Positions 9,856 to 20,300 of a stretch of DNA of 64,000 bases are shown here, piece by piece; position 1 is the first letter of the stretch, and each line of letters begins with the position of its first letter. The stretch is from assembly GCA_023392515.1 (NCBI GenBank), contig JAEVYX010000017.1, positions 1,344 to 65,343 of the forward strand, written 5' to 3'. A program made the translations under genes and the position numbers. Source of the stretch: Bacillota bacterium (GTDB lineage: Bacteria > Bacillota > Clostridia > Christensenellales > Aristaeellaceae). The notes below the pieces were generated by a model. That model saw only the letters and a program-made list of their open reading frames with translations, searched no databases and was not told the origin of the DNA.

Positions 9856-10971
9856 TTGAAGATTACCGACGTGCAGGCGTTCATCGTGCGCCAGCCAGAA
9901 ATTTCACTTATTGGGGATGGTACGCAGGATTCTGTCATCATCCGCATTGATACCGATGAAGGCATTTATGGCTTGGCTGAGGTGGATTCCGCCCCCTATC
10001 TGGTTAAGCAGGCTATTGACATGCCCGACTCGCACAGCGCGCAGCGCGGCATGCGCAATGTACTCATCGGCATGGATCCGATGGCTACAGAGGTCATATG
10101 GGACACTCTTTATGAAAGCACTTATTACTATGCCCGCGGCGGTGCAGGGATGCACACCATCAGCGGGATTGACATGGCACTGTGGGATATCAAGGGCAAG
10201 GCGCTGGGCTTACCGGTGTACCAATTACTGGGCGGCGCCTGCCAACGCCGTATACCTGCCTATATCAGCATTTTGATGCCTTCCACCGAGGATGAGGTAA
10301 AGCGGTTGGTGGACTACCATATGGTTAAGGGATATTCCGGCATTAAATTTGGCTGGGGGAAACTGGGCGAAGATCAAGCGCATGATCTGCGTTTGATTCG
10401 TGCGGCGCGAAAGGCATTGGGACCGGATAAGCTGCTCATGATCGACATTGCCATGAACTGGCGGGAGTACAAGGCAGCTCTGGACGCCTGCCATGCCTAT
10501 GAGCAGGAGGGCGTCTACTGGGTAGAGGAGCCCTTCCGAGTGGAGCAGCCTGATCTTTTTGCTCGCCTGCGCAGCGAAACAAGCCTCAACATCACTGCCG
10601 GCGAGGAACTGAGCGCCCTTGCAGAGTTTGAAACCTATCTTCAAAAAGGCTGTATCGATATCCTTCAACCTGATTTAAGCCGCTGCGGCGGGTTTACGGC
10701 TGGTAAGAAGATAATGGACATGGCAAAGCGCCATCAGGTGCCGATAATCCCGCACAATTTCAAAAGCGGGCTTTTGATGTCAGCAACGCTGCAGTATATC
10801 GCTTGCCTGACAAACGCCAAGTATCTGGAGTATTGCGGACAGGAAACCGTGCTGAGCCGTAGCCTGATTACCGAACCACTGACTGTAACCAATGGCTATG
10901 TTGAAATTCCCGACCGGCCGGGCTTGGGTGTGGAACTGAACGTGGATACCGTGGAGCGCTACAGAGCATAG
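9856..10971 (+). CDS. Enolase-superfamily (mandelate racemase subgroup) sugar-acid dehydratase-like enzyme
   Basis: ORF 9796-10971. The probable TTG start at 9856 lies 8 nt after GAAAGGTGG and gives the N-terminus (M)KITDVQAFIV. Candidate metal ligands sit in MIDIAMNW, VEEPF and AGEEL. DILQPDLSRCGG and IPHNF give the His-Asp dyad context. Confidence 0.8.
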   Translation: MKITDVQAFIVRQPEISLIGDGTQDSVIIRIDTDEGIYGLAEVDSAPYLVKQAIDMPDSHSAQRGMRNVLIGMDPMATEVIWDTLYESTYYYARGGAGMHTISGIDMALWDIKGKALGLPVYQLLGGACQRRIPAYISILMPSTEDEVKRLVDYHMVKGYSGIKFGWGKLGEDQAHDLRLIRAARKALGPDKLLMIDIAMNWREYKAALDACHAYEQEGVYWVEEPFRVEQPDLFARLRSETSLNITAGEELSALAEFETYLQKGCIDILQPDLSRCGGFTAGKKIMDMAKRHQVPIIPHNFKSGLLMSATLQYIACLTNAKYLEYCGQETVLSRSLITEPLTVTNGYVEIPDRPGLGVELNVDTVERYRA

Positions 10972-10999
10972 CAGCCGACGCTGGAAGGAGTATGCACCC

Positions 11000-12517
11000 A
11001 TGACGTTTGAATTTATCCCCGGTGAGCTTTGGTGGGTGGGGCGAACCTTTGACGGCGTTAAGATGCCGCTTAATGAGACTGCCGACTATCAGGCAGACCT
11101 GCGTTGCATTAAGCCTAATGCTGGTGCAGCCATAATGCTTTCCAGCCGCGGGCGCTATGTGGCCGGTACGCTGCCTTTTTGTGTGAAGGTGAAAGGCGGT
11201 GTGATTACGCTAACAGAACAGGAGGCACTCAGCGTGCACACTGCCGGCACAACGCTGATGGACGCTTACCGTGCCGTGGCCGGGCAATTCTTCATGAGGG
11301 CGGAGCGCGCGCCATGTGATCTGTGCTTTACCGCGCCGGTTTACAATAGCTGGATTGAGGTCGGCTTTGAGACAACCCAGGAAAAAGTGCTTGCTTATGC
11401 GCAAGGGCTTATCGACAGCGGCGCTCAGCCCGGTATTCTGATCATCGACGACAACTGGATGGTGCGCTACGGGCAATGGACTTTCGACCGGGAGCGCTTT
11501 CCGGAGCCAAAGGCTATGGTGGAAAAGCTGCATGGGATGGGTTTCCAGGTCATGCTATGGGTAATACCCTATACGGTTGCCTCCGGGCACCCGTACTTGG
11601 AGCTGAAGGATCAAAGACTGCTTGTAATGGATCATGCTGGCGCGCCCAAGCTTGTGCCTTGGTGGAACGGAACCAGCTGCCTTCTGGATGTGACAAACGC
11701 AGATGCAGTAAGTTTCTTGACAGGCCAATTGGATTTGCTGGTAAGCGAGTATGGCATAGATGGTTTCAAATTTGACGCGGGCGATCCGCTCATGCAGGAT
11801 GGTACGTTTGCCTTCAGCCGCCACATACCGCAGAACGAGGATGACGCCCTTTATAGTCACATCGGGATTCGCTATAAGATTGCCGAATACCGCGAAAGCT
11901 GGAATATGGGCGGAGCGCCCCTGATGCTGCGCCAGCAGGATAAAGCACACGCTTGGGGGAAGGATGGCCTTCAAGCCCTTATCCCGAACGGACTGGCATT
12001 AAGCTTGATGGGTTATCATTATCATTGCCCGGATATGGTAGGCGGGGGGGATTTGGGTGTAGTGGATATCCACAAGCCGTTGGATCAGGAACTTTTCGTA
12101 CGCTGCACCCAAGCCAGTGCTCTATTCCCGATTATCCAGTTTTCAATGGCTCCGCATCATTTGCTGGATGCGCCGCATTACCATGCCTGTGAGCTGGCGC
12201 TTGATGTTCGCAGACAGTTAACGCCTTACCTAATGGAGCGGGTGGCGCTGGCAGCCAGTAAGAATATGCCTGTTTTTGCGCCGCTGGAGTTGTTTTATCC
12301 TGACCAAGGCTTGGCTGAAGTGACGCAGGGCTTTTGCCTAGGTGACCGCTATATTGTTTATCCCATTGTGGAAAAAGGGCAGACACAAGCGCTATTTTCA
12401 TTGCCAGGAGGTAGGTGGAGGGATTGGCGCGGAGGGGAATTCCAAGCGGAGACAGGCAAGCCGCTTACCTATACCGTGGGCATAAATGACCTGCCCGTAT
12501 TTGAACGGCTGGCATAA
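11000..12517 (+). CDS. Short GH31-type (clan GH-D) glycoside hydrolase
   Basis: IIDDNWMVRYGQWTFDRERFPEPKAMVEKLHGMGFQVMLWVIPY and GIDGFKFDAGD parallel the YicI-type segments (...FxWD...FPDP..M...L...G....W.NPY and GVDCFKTDFGE). There is no signal peptide. At 505 aa it is shorter than classical GH31. Confidence 0.6.
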   Translation: MTFEFIPGELWWVGRTFDGVKMPLNETADYQADLRCIKPNAGAAIMLSSRGRYVAGTLPFCVKVKGGVITLTEQEALSVHTAGTTLMDAYRAVAGQFFMRAERAPCDLCFTAPVYNSWIEVGFETTQEKVLAYAQGLIDSGAQPGILIIDDNWMVRYGQWTFDRERFPEPKAMVEKLHGMGFQVMLWVIPYTVASGHPYLELKDQRLLVMDHAGAPKLVPWWNGTSCLLDVTNADAVSFLTGQLDLLVSEYGIDGFKFDAGDPLMQDGTFAFSRHIPQNEDDALYSHIGIRYKIAEYRESWNMGGAPLMLRQQDKAHAWGKDGLQALIPNGLALSLMGYHYHCPDMVGGGDLGVVDIHKPLDQELFVRCTQASALFPIIQFSMAPHHLLDAPHYHACELALDVRRQLTPYLMERVALAASKNMPVFAPLELFYPDQGLAEVTQGFCLGDRYIVYPIVEKGQTQALFSLPGGRWRDWRGGEFQAETGKPLTYTVGINDLPVFERLA

Positions 12518-12586
12518 CAGGAGACTGCATATGGAATTGCTTTTCCCTGTATTTGTAGATCTGATTTTGACAATCTTAATATAGGA

Positions 12587-12630
12587 GCGCCCTGCAAACG
12601 TATAAGATGCACGTTTGCAGGGCGCTTTTG
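12587..12630. terminator. Bidirectional terminator between convergent genes
   Basis: GCGCCCTGCAAACGT-ataagatgc-ACGTTTGCAGGGCGC (a 15-bp perfect stem) is followed by TTTTG. Confidence 0.8.
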
Positions 12631-12643
12631 CGGGATACGCGAT

Positions 12644-13744
12644 CTAACGGGGGCGGCGGGCTTTTTCATCTGGCAGGGCCGGAAATGGATTGTGGGGCTC
12701 CGTCTGGTACCAGTACGCCACAGAGGATACATCATCCTGCCGCTCAAATAGGCCATGCTCGTTGGCACCGATCTGCTGCAGCGTCACCCGCAGATCCGTT
12801 TCAAACTGGATCGGATCGGGGATGTGCAAGCGGTAGAAAGCTCGCATAGGCGGGCATTCGCTGTGGAAAAACTCGTTTCGGTAGTCATCGTCGCGGGAAT
12901 AGAAAGGATAGCCCATATATGGGGTGCAATAGGTCTGTTCTCGAGTGCTGCCTTGCTCATTCTTGCCGCCAAAGGACCATGCTCCTCCAAAATAGTCCTC
13001 GGCTCCGGTGCCGCAAATGGTCGGATAATCCTTGTCCCCATCCAGGTAGAACTTGAACTCCCCCTCTCCCCACCAGGCGCGCTCCAGTGTCTGCAGGGCT
13101 AAAAAGGTGCCCACATAATGGCCTTTGCCGCGAATGGCATTAACAATGGTGTAGTCCTCCCGAAGGGTGGTCAAACGCTGTCTGTGCCATTGAGCGTGAA
13201 AGGCGCCGCTGTTAATGGGTGGTGTATCCAATTCTGTGTAGTCGATCTGGTAAAAAAAACCCGGCACATCTCCTCCATGCTGGTTTTCCAGGGTGATTCT
13301 GGCTTCACTGCTGAACGGCATGGGGAAAAAGCAGTTCATGCCGCGTTTCGGGTTGACGGCTATAGCTTGCGATACAACAGGGTACCCCCTTGCAAAACCG
13401 TTGAGAAAGAAATCACCCAGCGGCGTTTCCACGGAAGGTTCAGTTTCACCGTCCCAGTACATGCGCAGTACCAGATCCCTTAGCACAAAGCGGCCCGCGA
13501 TCGTTTGGTCGGTAACGGTACACCAAATGTGGCGCAGTACACCAGCGCCGAGAATGTGTGCCAGCGTGACTGTCTCACCTTGTTTGAGCAAGGGAATGCA
13601 TGGCGAACCCTTGCGGGCTGGACCAAGTACGCTTGTGGCTGTACCGCCGTGGCCTTTTTCACCGGTGGGATTTTCTGCATTGATGGCGCGGGAGCGGCCC
13701 TCGCGGAGTACAGGCAGGCCGGAAATGGAAAAGGGATCGAGCAT
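12644..13744 (-). CDS. DUF2961 / glycoside hydrolase family 172 protein
   Basis: ORF 12644-13939. ATG 13744 lies 7 nt after AGGAGG. Motifs RSRAINAENPTGEKGHGG, VLRHIWCT, MYWDGE and PLGDFF fit the DUF2961 pattern as I recall it. Confidence 0.7.
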   Translation of the reverse strand: MLDPFSISGLPVLREGRSRAINAENPTGEKGHGGTATSVLGPARKGSPCIPLLKQGETVTLAHILGAGVLRHIWCTVTDQTIAGRFVLRDLVLRMYWDGETEPSVETPLGDFFLNGFARGYPVVSQAIAVNPKRGMNCFFPMPFSSEARITLENQHGGDVPGFFYQIDYTELDTPPINSGAFHAQWHRQRLTTLREDYTIVNAIRGKGHYVGTFLALQTLERAWWGEGEFKFYLDGDKDYPTICGTGAEDYFGGAWSFGGKNEQGSTREQTYCTPYMGYPFYSRDDDYRNEFFHSECPPMRAFYRLHIPDPIQFETDLRVTLQQIGANEHGLFERQDDVSSVAYWYQTEPHNPFPALPDEKARRPR

Positions 13745-13874
13745 GGTCAATCCTCCTGGTAATAGAATAAAAAGCTGAATAGGCGGGTGTGACTTCGGTA
13801 GGAGAGCAGTCTGCTGCGTAACGGCCTGCCTTGTATGAAAAATGAATTGCTTTAGGGATGCTGAACAGGCGGCC

Positions 13875-14861
13875 TCAGGCGCAAGGCAGGTCGAAGAAGG
13901 TGAGGGTGACCTCTGTGGTAACGCTGGCAAAAGGCGCAAGATGAGGCAGCGTATTATCTCTTTTTGCTTCTATCCTGCCGTTCACGTGATTGTTGGCCGG
14001 TTCAAGGCCCAGCACGTAATCTCCGCTGCGCAGGCAGCGCCACTGGTTCAGGTAGGGCAGTGTATCCAACCGGTACTGCAGGCCAAAGCCAATCCCCAGC
14101 GCACTGTTTTCGCCAGTCAATTTGCAGTAGCCGTCCATGCCGGGCAGTTTGTGGAGGAAATCCTGCTCTTGAAAATCTATTTGCGGGGCTGTACATTCGG
14201 CCAGCTGATGCAGGTGCTTGCCCGCATGCTCGTTAGCCGGAAAAGTTTGCGTGCCCTCCGGAAAATGGAGCGTGAGCCACTCGCTCAGCAGCGGATAGCC
14301 CAGGTTGATGTGGTATAGCAGCATATACGGCTGTGGACGCGGTGTCTGATTGGTGATTGTATCCGATAGATGCACCTCGCTTTTGTACAAAGGGAAGATG
14401 AGCTTTCGCTCCAGCAGCAGGTTTTCGCCAAAGAGTGTGCTTTCCCGCATCTGCCCCTGCAGCACGAGAGTGTCGCCTTCGCGGCGTATGCTGCGCATAG
14501 TGGCGCTATGCAGATGAATGCGGCCATGAGTAGGCTGTTCACAGTCTCCCGGCCCGACATTCAGCAGGCCGCAGGTATAAAGCATGCCGCCGCTAAATCG
14601 CTGCTCAAACACGGGAGAGATATCATCCCGCTCATCGTTCCTCCCCAGATAATAAAGCGGAATGCCATGGTAGCTGAGGCGGGAGATATCCATGCACCGA
14701 TCCCATATCATGGTAGCGGCCAACCCGCTGGGCAGGGCGACTTGATGGCAGTGCAATGTGCGGCCGTCGCCCTGGCACAAGGCTATCTCCTGCTGGTGAA
14801 CGAGCTGTTCCTCCCGGGATATGTAGCCCCTTTGAAGGGCTTGCCGATCGGTTAGTTGCAT
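13875..14861 (-). CDS. Aldose-1-epimerase-fold protein (DUF4432-like)
   Basis: Motifs DRCMDISRLSYHGIPL, GGMLYTCGLLNVGP, HGRIH, LFGENLLLERK and MLLYHINLGYPLLSE. Its RBS AAAGGAGAG lies inside the end of the upstream regulator gene. Confidence 0.6.
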   Translation of the reverse strand: MQLTDRQALQRGYISREEQLVHQQEIALCQGDGRTLHCHQVALPSGLAATMIWDRCMDISRLSYHGIPLYYLGRNDERDDISPVFEQRFSGGMLYTCGLLNVGPGDCEQPTHGRIHLHSATMRSIRREGDTLVLQGQMRESTLFGENLLLERKLIFPLYKSEVHLSDTITNQTPRPQPYMLLYHINLGYPLLSEWLTLHFPEGTQTFPANEHAGKHLHQLAECTAPQIDFQEQDFLHKLPGMDGYCKLTGENSALGIGFGLQYRLDTLPYLNQWRCLRSGDYVLGLEPANNHVNGRIEAKRDNTLPHLAPFASVTTEVTLTFFDLPCA

Positions 14862-14869
14862 GGGGTGTG

Positions 14870-16990
14870 CTACTCTCCTTTGTTTTGCGTACGGTAGCGG
14901 CCGGGTGTAATCCCCTCAATGCGCTTGAATGAGCGGATGAAGGAATCTGCTCCAAAGTACCCAACCCGCTGCGAAATCTGCGCCACGGAAAGGGAGGGTT
15001 GGTTGATAAGCAGATCCTTAGCGGCCTTAATGCGCATATGATGGATATAATCCAGAAGGCCGATGGTGGTCGTCTGCTTGAACACGCGGGAGATATAATC
15101 CACATTCTTGCCCAGCTGATCCGCAATGGCGCTCACGTTAAGCATGGGATTCGGATATTCGTTTTTCACAATTTCCAATATGCTGCGTTTCAGCCGCATT
15201 TCGGTGGAATCTTCTTCATCGGCGTCGGCGTCGTGTTCGGCTTTGGACTGGTTTTCGCTCAAGGCCTGTATCTGCTCGGTTAACTGCGCCAACAACTGGC
15301 TGGTTTCGGCTGTGGCGCCGCGCAGGCAGGCATGCATCAGCCTGTGCATGGTATGCTCCACGGAGATGTGCATCACCTTGTCCACCGCCTGCGTGGAATA
15401 AAACAGGATGGATTCACCCTCTGTCGGGTTGCCTGAGGCGATTTGAGCTTCGGTGAGCATGGCAGAGAACACGTCTTCCTTGATGACCGTTTGAGCGTGG
15501 ATGGCGCTCATGGCAATCTGACAATCAATAGAGAAGCTGCCGCGCAGCAGATGCAGCCAGTTTGTAAAGGAGGTGCCCAGATAGGCCAGATGTTGCAGTT
15601 CGTTGGTTGGCAGGTTGATGAGAACCAGCAGGGATCTGTCTTGATACAGCGGCAAAATGGTGTAAAACTGTGCTACTACAGTGCTCAGCGAGTCGTGAAC
15701 CTGTGTCATGCTTCGCTGGAAGGCAGTCTCCGCGTCTGCCGTATCGTCTGAAAAGTCAACTACAGTCACGATGCATAGCACCCAAGCGCTGCCCACCAGG
15801 GTTAGCTGCTCCCGCTGCAGGCGCTTTTCCAGCGCGGCCTGGCTGCCCGGTTTGAGCATGTTTTGTATCAGATGCTGATCCTCCATCATTTCCTGCGCAT
15901 AGCGGGCGCGATCCATTCGCATCCGCTTTTCGTCGCTGGCCTCCATGAGCGAAATGCGCAAACGGGTGAATTCATCCACATCCGGGTCATCCGTAACTGG
16001 TTGCGCCAAAGCGTTTAAATAGGCAATAGGCTTGAAGTTATTCACTGTGGTCAAGTAGGTGATAAGAGTGCAAATGAAAAACGAAATTAGCAGCACCACA
16101 TAGGAAAGGCTGCGTGCGCCGCTGAGGGCACTATTGATATTGGAGAGGGGTACTACACTGAAATAGTAATTGCGCGTGAGCGCGGAGCGTGCAAAGGTGA
16201 CCAGCTGATTATTGTGAATATAATGGCCGCCGTCGCCTCCTGCCTTTGCAAGATCAATTTGCTGGTCGAGGCTGACGGGGGAATAGACAACCTCCCCTTT
16301 TTCATTCAGCATGCCGATCCATTCATTTTCAGAGAGGGAGCTTGCGTCAAATACATCCTGCAGGTAAGAAGTATTTAGGGCAATCATCAGGTTGCAACGG
16401 TCAGCGTCAAAGGCCGATGGGACTGTCTGAATGTAATAGAGAACCTGTGCGCCTCGCTTGTTCAAGGTGAGCAGCCATTGGCTGCGGTAGGAGGCCGAGA
16501 GCATGGAGCGCCAGAGATCATCATTGCCAGGAAGAAGGGCTGAGTCCTCCAGTGTGTAAAGGGCGTCGCCGATTGGCAGCGCGCGCACGGCATCCACATA
16601 GATGTTGTTTGTAGGCATGTACAAAAAGATGCGCGATACGACGGATGGGTCGGCCGCAAAACTGCTGAGTGTGCTGCGTAGGTTCATTAGCCGCAGCGTA
16701 TCGGCAGCGGTCAGGTCCTGGTACTTCATGCGGCGCAAGCGATTTACATCCGCATTGTTGAGCAGCATGGCGGCAAAGGTACGGTAACGGGCGTACTCAA
16801 AATCCATGGTGCGGCGCATATAGTTGACAGCTGCATCCTGGATATCGTAAATCTCCCGGGTGAGGAGTTCCCGGTTTTTGTATTCCAGGTAGCCAAATAG
16901 AAGGCTGATGGGCAGCACAAAAGCCGCCAGAAAAGAAAGCATGAATTTGCGAAACACAGCACTGTGGAAGAAAGAAAAAGCGTTTTTCAA
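14870..16990 (-). CDS. Membrane-anchored one-component AraC-family regulator with an extracytoplasmic sensor region
   Basis: ORF 14870-17047. The better-supported start is TTG 16990, 8 nt after AAAGGGGG. Two TM segments (FMLSFLAAFVLPISLLFGYL; LSYVVLLISFFICTLITYLTTV) flank a ~250-aa outside domain. The C-terminal AraC HTH pair reads ...VSAIADQLGKNVDYISRVFKQ...SVAQISQRVGYFGADSFIRSFKRIEGITPGRYR. Confidence 0.8.
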   Translation of the reverse strand: MKNAFSFFHSAVFRKFMLSFLAAFVLPISLLFGYLEYKNRELLTREIYDIQDAAVNYMRRTMDFEYARYRTFAAMLLNNADVNRLRRMKYQDLTAADTLRLMNLRSTLSSFAADPSVVSRIFLYMPTNNIYVDAVRALPIGDALYTLEDSALLPGNDDLWRSMLSASYRSQWLLTLNKRGAQVLYYIQTVPSAFDADRCNLMIALNTSYLQDVFDASSLSENEWIGMLNEKGEVVYSPVSLDQQIDLAKAGGDGGHYIHNNQLVTFARSALTRNYYFSVVPLSNINSALSGARSLSYVVLLISFFICTLITYLTTVNNFKPIAYLNALAQPVTDDPDVDEFTRLRISLMEASDEKRMRMDRARYAQEMMEDQHLIQNMLKPGSQAALEKRLQREQLTLVGSAWVLCIVTVVDFSDDTADAETAFQRSMTQVHDSLSTVVAQFYTILPLYQDRSLLVLINLPTNELQHLAYLGTSFTNWLHLLRGSFSIDCQIAMSAIHAQTVIKEDVFSAMLTEAQIASGNPTEGESILFYSTQAVDKVMHISVEHTMHRLMHACLRGATAETSQLLAQLTEQIQALSENQSKAEHDADADEEDSTEMRLKRSILEIVKNEYPNPMLNVSAIADQLGKNVDYISRVFKQTTTIGLLDYIHHMRIKAAKDLLINQPSLSVAQISQRVGYFGADSFIRSFKRIEGITPGRYRTQNKGE

Positions 16991-17341
16991 ACGTACTGCC
17001 CCCTTTACCGTGGGCACGGCATCCAGGCGAGCCGCAGCTTTCCCCATTGCGGGCTGGACGGCTGCCTGTACAGGCAGCCGCCGTGGTTTTGCCGTTGGGC
17101 CTGATAGAATGCCGTTCGAGCTTGTATTCTATACAAATTATACACAATTATGTCCTTTCAGGCCATAGACGAAATCCTTCATACATACCGCATGGGGCAC
17201 AAATCTCTGAAATCGTCGATGGAGGACGGAAACTGCTTGCTTTAATGGCTGAAACTGGCGATGGCATGCGGCCATATTTGTTTGACACCCGCCCTAGAGT
17301 CTGGCTATGCTTTTGATATAGCATAAAAGGGAGGATACGCA

Positions 17342-20300
17342 ATGAAACATGATGTTCGCAATTTCAATCCCATGCCATATGCCCGGCTGCGCAGCTATAA
17401 CGACAGTACGGGTAAGGACATGACTGCCACAAGTATCAGGAAGGATGCCGATGGCGCCATGCTTTGTGCCCCGCTTGGGCAAAAACGTTGGCAAATCGGC
17501 TTTGAATGGGATCAGCCGCGCGATTTGCTGGGCGTCTCAGCAACGTTTGCCGAAGGATCGGTCTTGCCTGAGGACTGGCATGTGGAATACTGGCATTATT
17601 CCTGGCCAAACGAACAGAAGGATCGCCGGGCAGGCGCGCACAAGGGGTGGCTTTTGACGGACGATGCCTTCCATGGCCGGTGGTTGGCCGCTTATGGCGA
17701 GCAGACGTTGGATGAGAAGGGCTGCAGCGTAGTGTTTGACCATATCGATGTAAACGAGGTGCTTTGCCTTGGCGGAGACTATCCCCAAAACTTGTTTCTG
17801 AGTGACGAGTATAATGCCATGTTCCGCCGCGCGCTCAAGTTCCGCATCGTGTTTGAAGGGGAAAGCGCACCCAGGATCAGCGGCATCCGCCTCACGGGGG
17901 ACGCAGAAATTGCGCAGGATACCTGCCTGGTCTATACAAACGCTACCGGCAGGGGTGAAGGCAGATGCGTGGCGGTGGAAGGTATCTGGAACGGCACACT
18001 TTTTTCTGGGCAGGGCAAGGTTGAAGACTTTGCCAAATTGGCTTACACCCGTACGGTAGGAGCAAAGACCCAAGCCGATGAAACCATGTTGGAATTGCGT
18101 GTGGATGGCACCGGCTTTGCCGTGCGTGCGGAGGATATCCGGCAAGGCGTGTATATGGAAGATTATGATTTGCTGCTGGTGCCTGAGGGCATGGACGGCG
18201 ATGCAAGGCAGATTGCCCTCAGGCTCACGGAGGGCAAGTGTTCCATCTTTGACCGGGTGCCGGAACATAAAGAGCAGACCATTGCAAACGCCATGGCGGA
18301 AGTGCCTGAAATGGAAAAGAACATGCAGCCCAAATACGGCCGCTATGTAATCATGGGCTGGGAAGGCGTGCGTCAAAAGTTCGCATTGCGTTTCAATGGC
18401 GATATTTTTGCCAATAAAATCGAACAGAAGGTATCGCAGCGGGATACGGCCAAGACACGCTGGGCCGCCAATGAACTGCATTTCCGCATCGCTACAGGGG
18501 ATCCGCCCGATCGTCATCAGCACCATAGCGACACGGAGCAATCTATGCCTGATGCACGCGTACCTATTTATGTGACCCGGTGGCTGGATCGCGAAATCGA
18601 GTATACGCAAACCTCCTTTGCAACCCTTATGGCAACGCAGGATATTCCTGTCCGCGGCGATGAAGATATCATGGCAATGAGCCGCTTCAAAATGCGCAAC
18701 GCTTCCTCGGAGGCACGCGTGGCCAAGCTGTTTGTGGAACTGTATCCCGGTGAACAGCTTTGCCTGGATGGGACTTCCCTGCTGGCCGCCGGGCGCGTAC
18801 GCCCGGGTGATACTTCCACCTATGGCTGGACGGTTCAACCTTATCCGGACCGCTATCTTCGCGCTCAAGTGAACTGTCATGACCGCGGTACGATGCGCAG
18901 TGTGCCCTTTACGGCGGCGGGCGGCACATCGCTTTCCATGCAGCCGCAGTTTGGCTTTGAAGGGTACGATTATAATCCGGTGCGCATGCAGCCCGCTTCC
19001 AGTATCGCCTCGGCCATGCTGTATGAGGTGGAACTCGGACCATATGAAACCCATACGCTGGATATGTTCATTCCTTACCCCTCCCTTTCGGATCGGGAGG
19101 CTATCAACGATGTTGCACGGCGCTCCTTTGAAGAGGAGTATGAACGCGTAACCCGGTTCTGGCTGGCGCTGGCGGGGCGGGGCGCACAGATTGACCTGCC
19201 GGGCGAACCGAAGCTGAATGATTTTGCAAAGGCGGTGCCATGGCATGTAATCCTTACCGCGATGCGGGATCTACGAACTGGGTTCTATATGGTGCCAGCG
19301 GGAACATACGGCTATGGATCCTGCGGAAATGAGGCATCGCTGCAGATTCGCATGCTGGATTATCTGGGTTACCATGACTATGCTGAAAAATATCTGCATA
19401 CCTTTATTGCCAGTCAGGGGCAAGGCTGCATGGACGGCAACTTCCGCTCCCAGGATGGGGCTCTTGTTGCCAACAATTACGGTGGCTATTCGGACCACAC
19501 GACTTCGCTGTTTGCCTACAACCTTGACCACGGCTACATTCTCAGTTGTCTTGCGGATCATTATCGCCTTACCGGGAACCGGGAATGGCTCATGAATACT
19601 GCGCCCGTACTGGTCAAGGCATGCAGGTATATTTTTGAGGAGCGCAAGGCGACCATGCTGTTGGACGATCAGGGTGAGAAGGTGAGCTATTATGGGCTGA
19701 TGCCCCACGGGCATCTGGAAGATAATCCCGAATGGCGCTGCTGGTTCGCGGTCAATGCTCACGCCTGCGGCGGTATCCTGCAAGCGGCGCAGGTGCTGTC
19801 AGAGATCGGCCATCCCGAGGCGGTGCACATTATGGCGCAGGCGCAGGCCTATCGAAATGATATCCGAGAATGTGTCACGAGGGCTATGGCCAAATCCCCG
19901 GCGGTGCCAACAGGGAACGGAGGCTATATGCCTCATGTACCCACACAGGCGGAAATCCGCGGGCGTGACTGGGGCTGGTTTCGCGAGGTGGCATACGGTC
20001 CCCTGCACTTGGTGACCGGTCAGGTGCTGGATCCTTATGAAAATATGACTACCTGGATTCTGCGCGATCAGGAGGATAACCTGTTTCTCTCCCGTGATTA
20101 TGGGCGGGCCGTGGATCGGGATAAGTATTGGTTCAGCCGAGGCGGCATGACCATACAATCGAACCTTCTGTTTAACGATCTTATCTATTTGCGAAGGGGA
20201 GAAAGTGCACGGGCCATCCGCGGGTTGTTCAATAACTTTGCGCAAAACCTGTACCGGGATGTAAACTGCTTCAGCGAACATCCGATCACGGACTTTGGCA

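Noticed and set aside
13745-13939. 65-codon N-terminal extension of the GH172-like ORF
   Set aside because: The extension is Pro/Ser/Ala-rich with no RBS. ATG 13744 has a perfect AGGAGG 7 nt upstream, and family similarity starts right there.
17537-19246. 569-aa minus-strand ORF
   Set aside because: It lies entirely antisense to the 1121-aa gene. Its composition is Arg/Ala/His/Gly-rich and low-complexity, typical of shadow frames in GC-rich coding DNA. It has no RBS and no motif.
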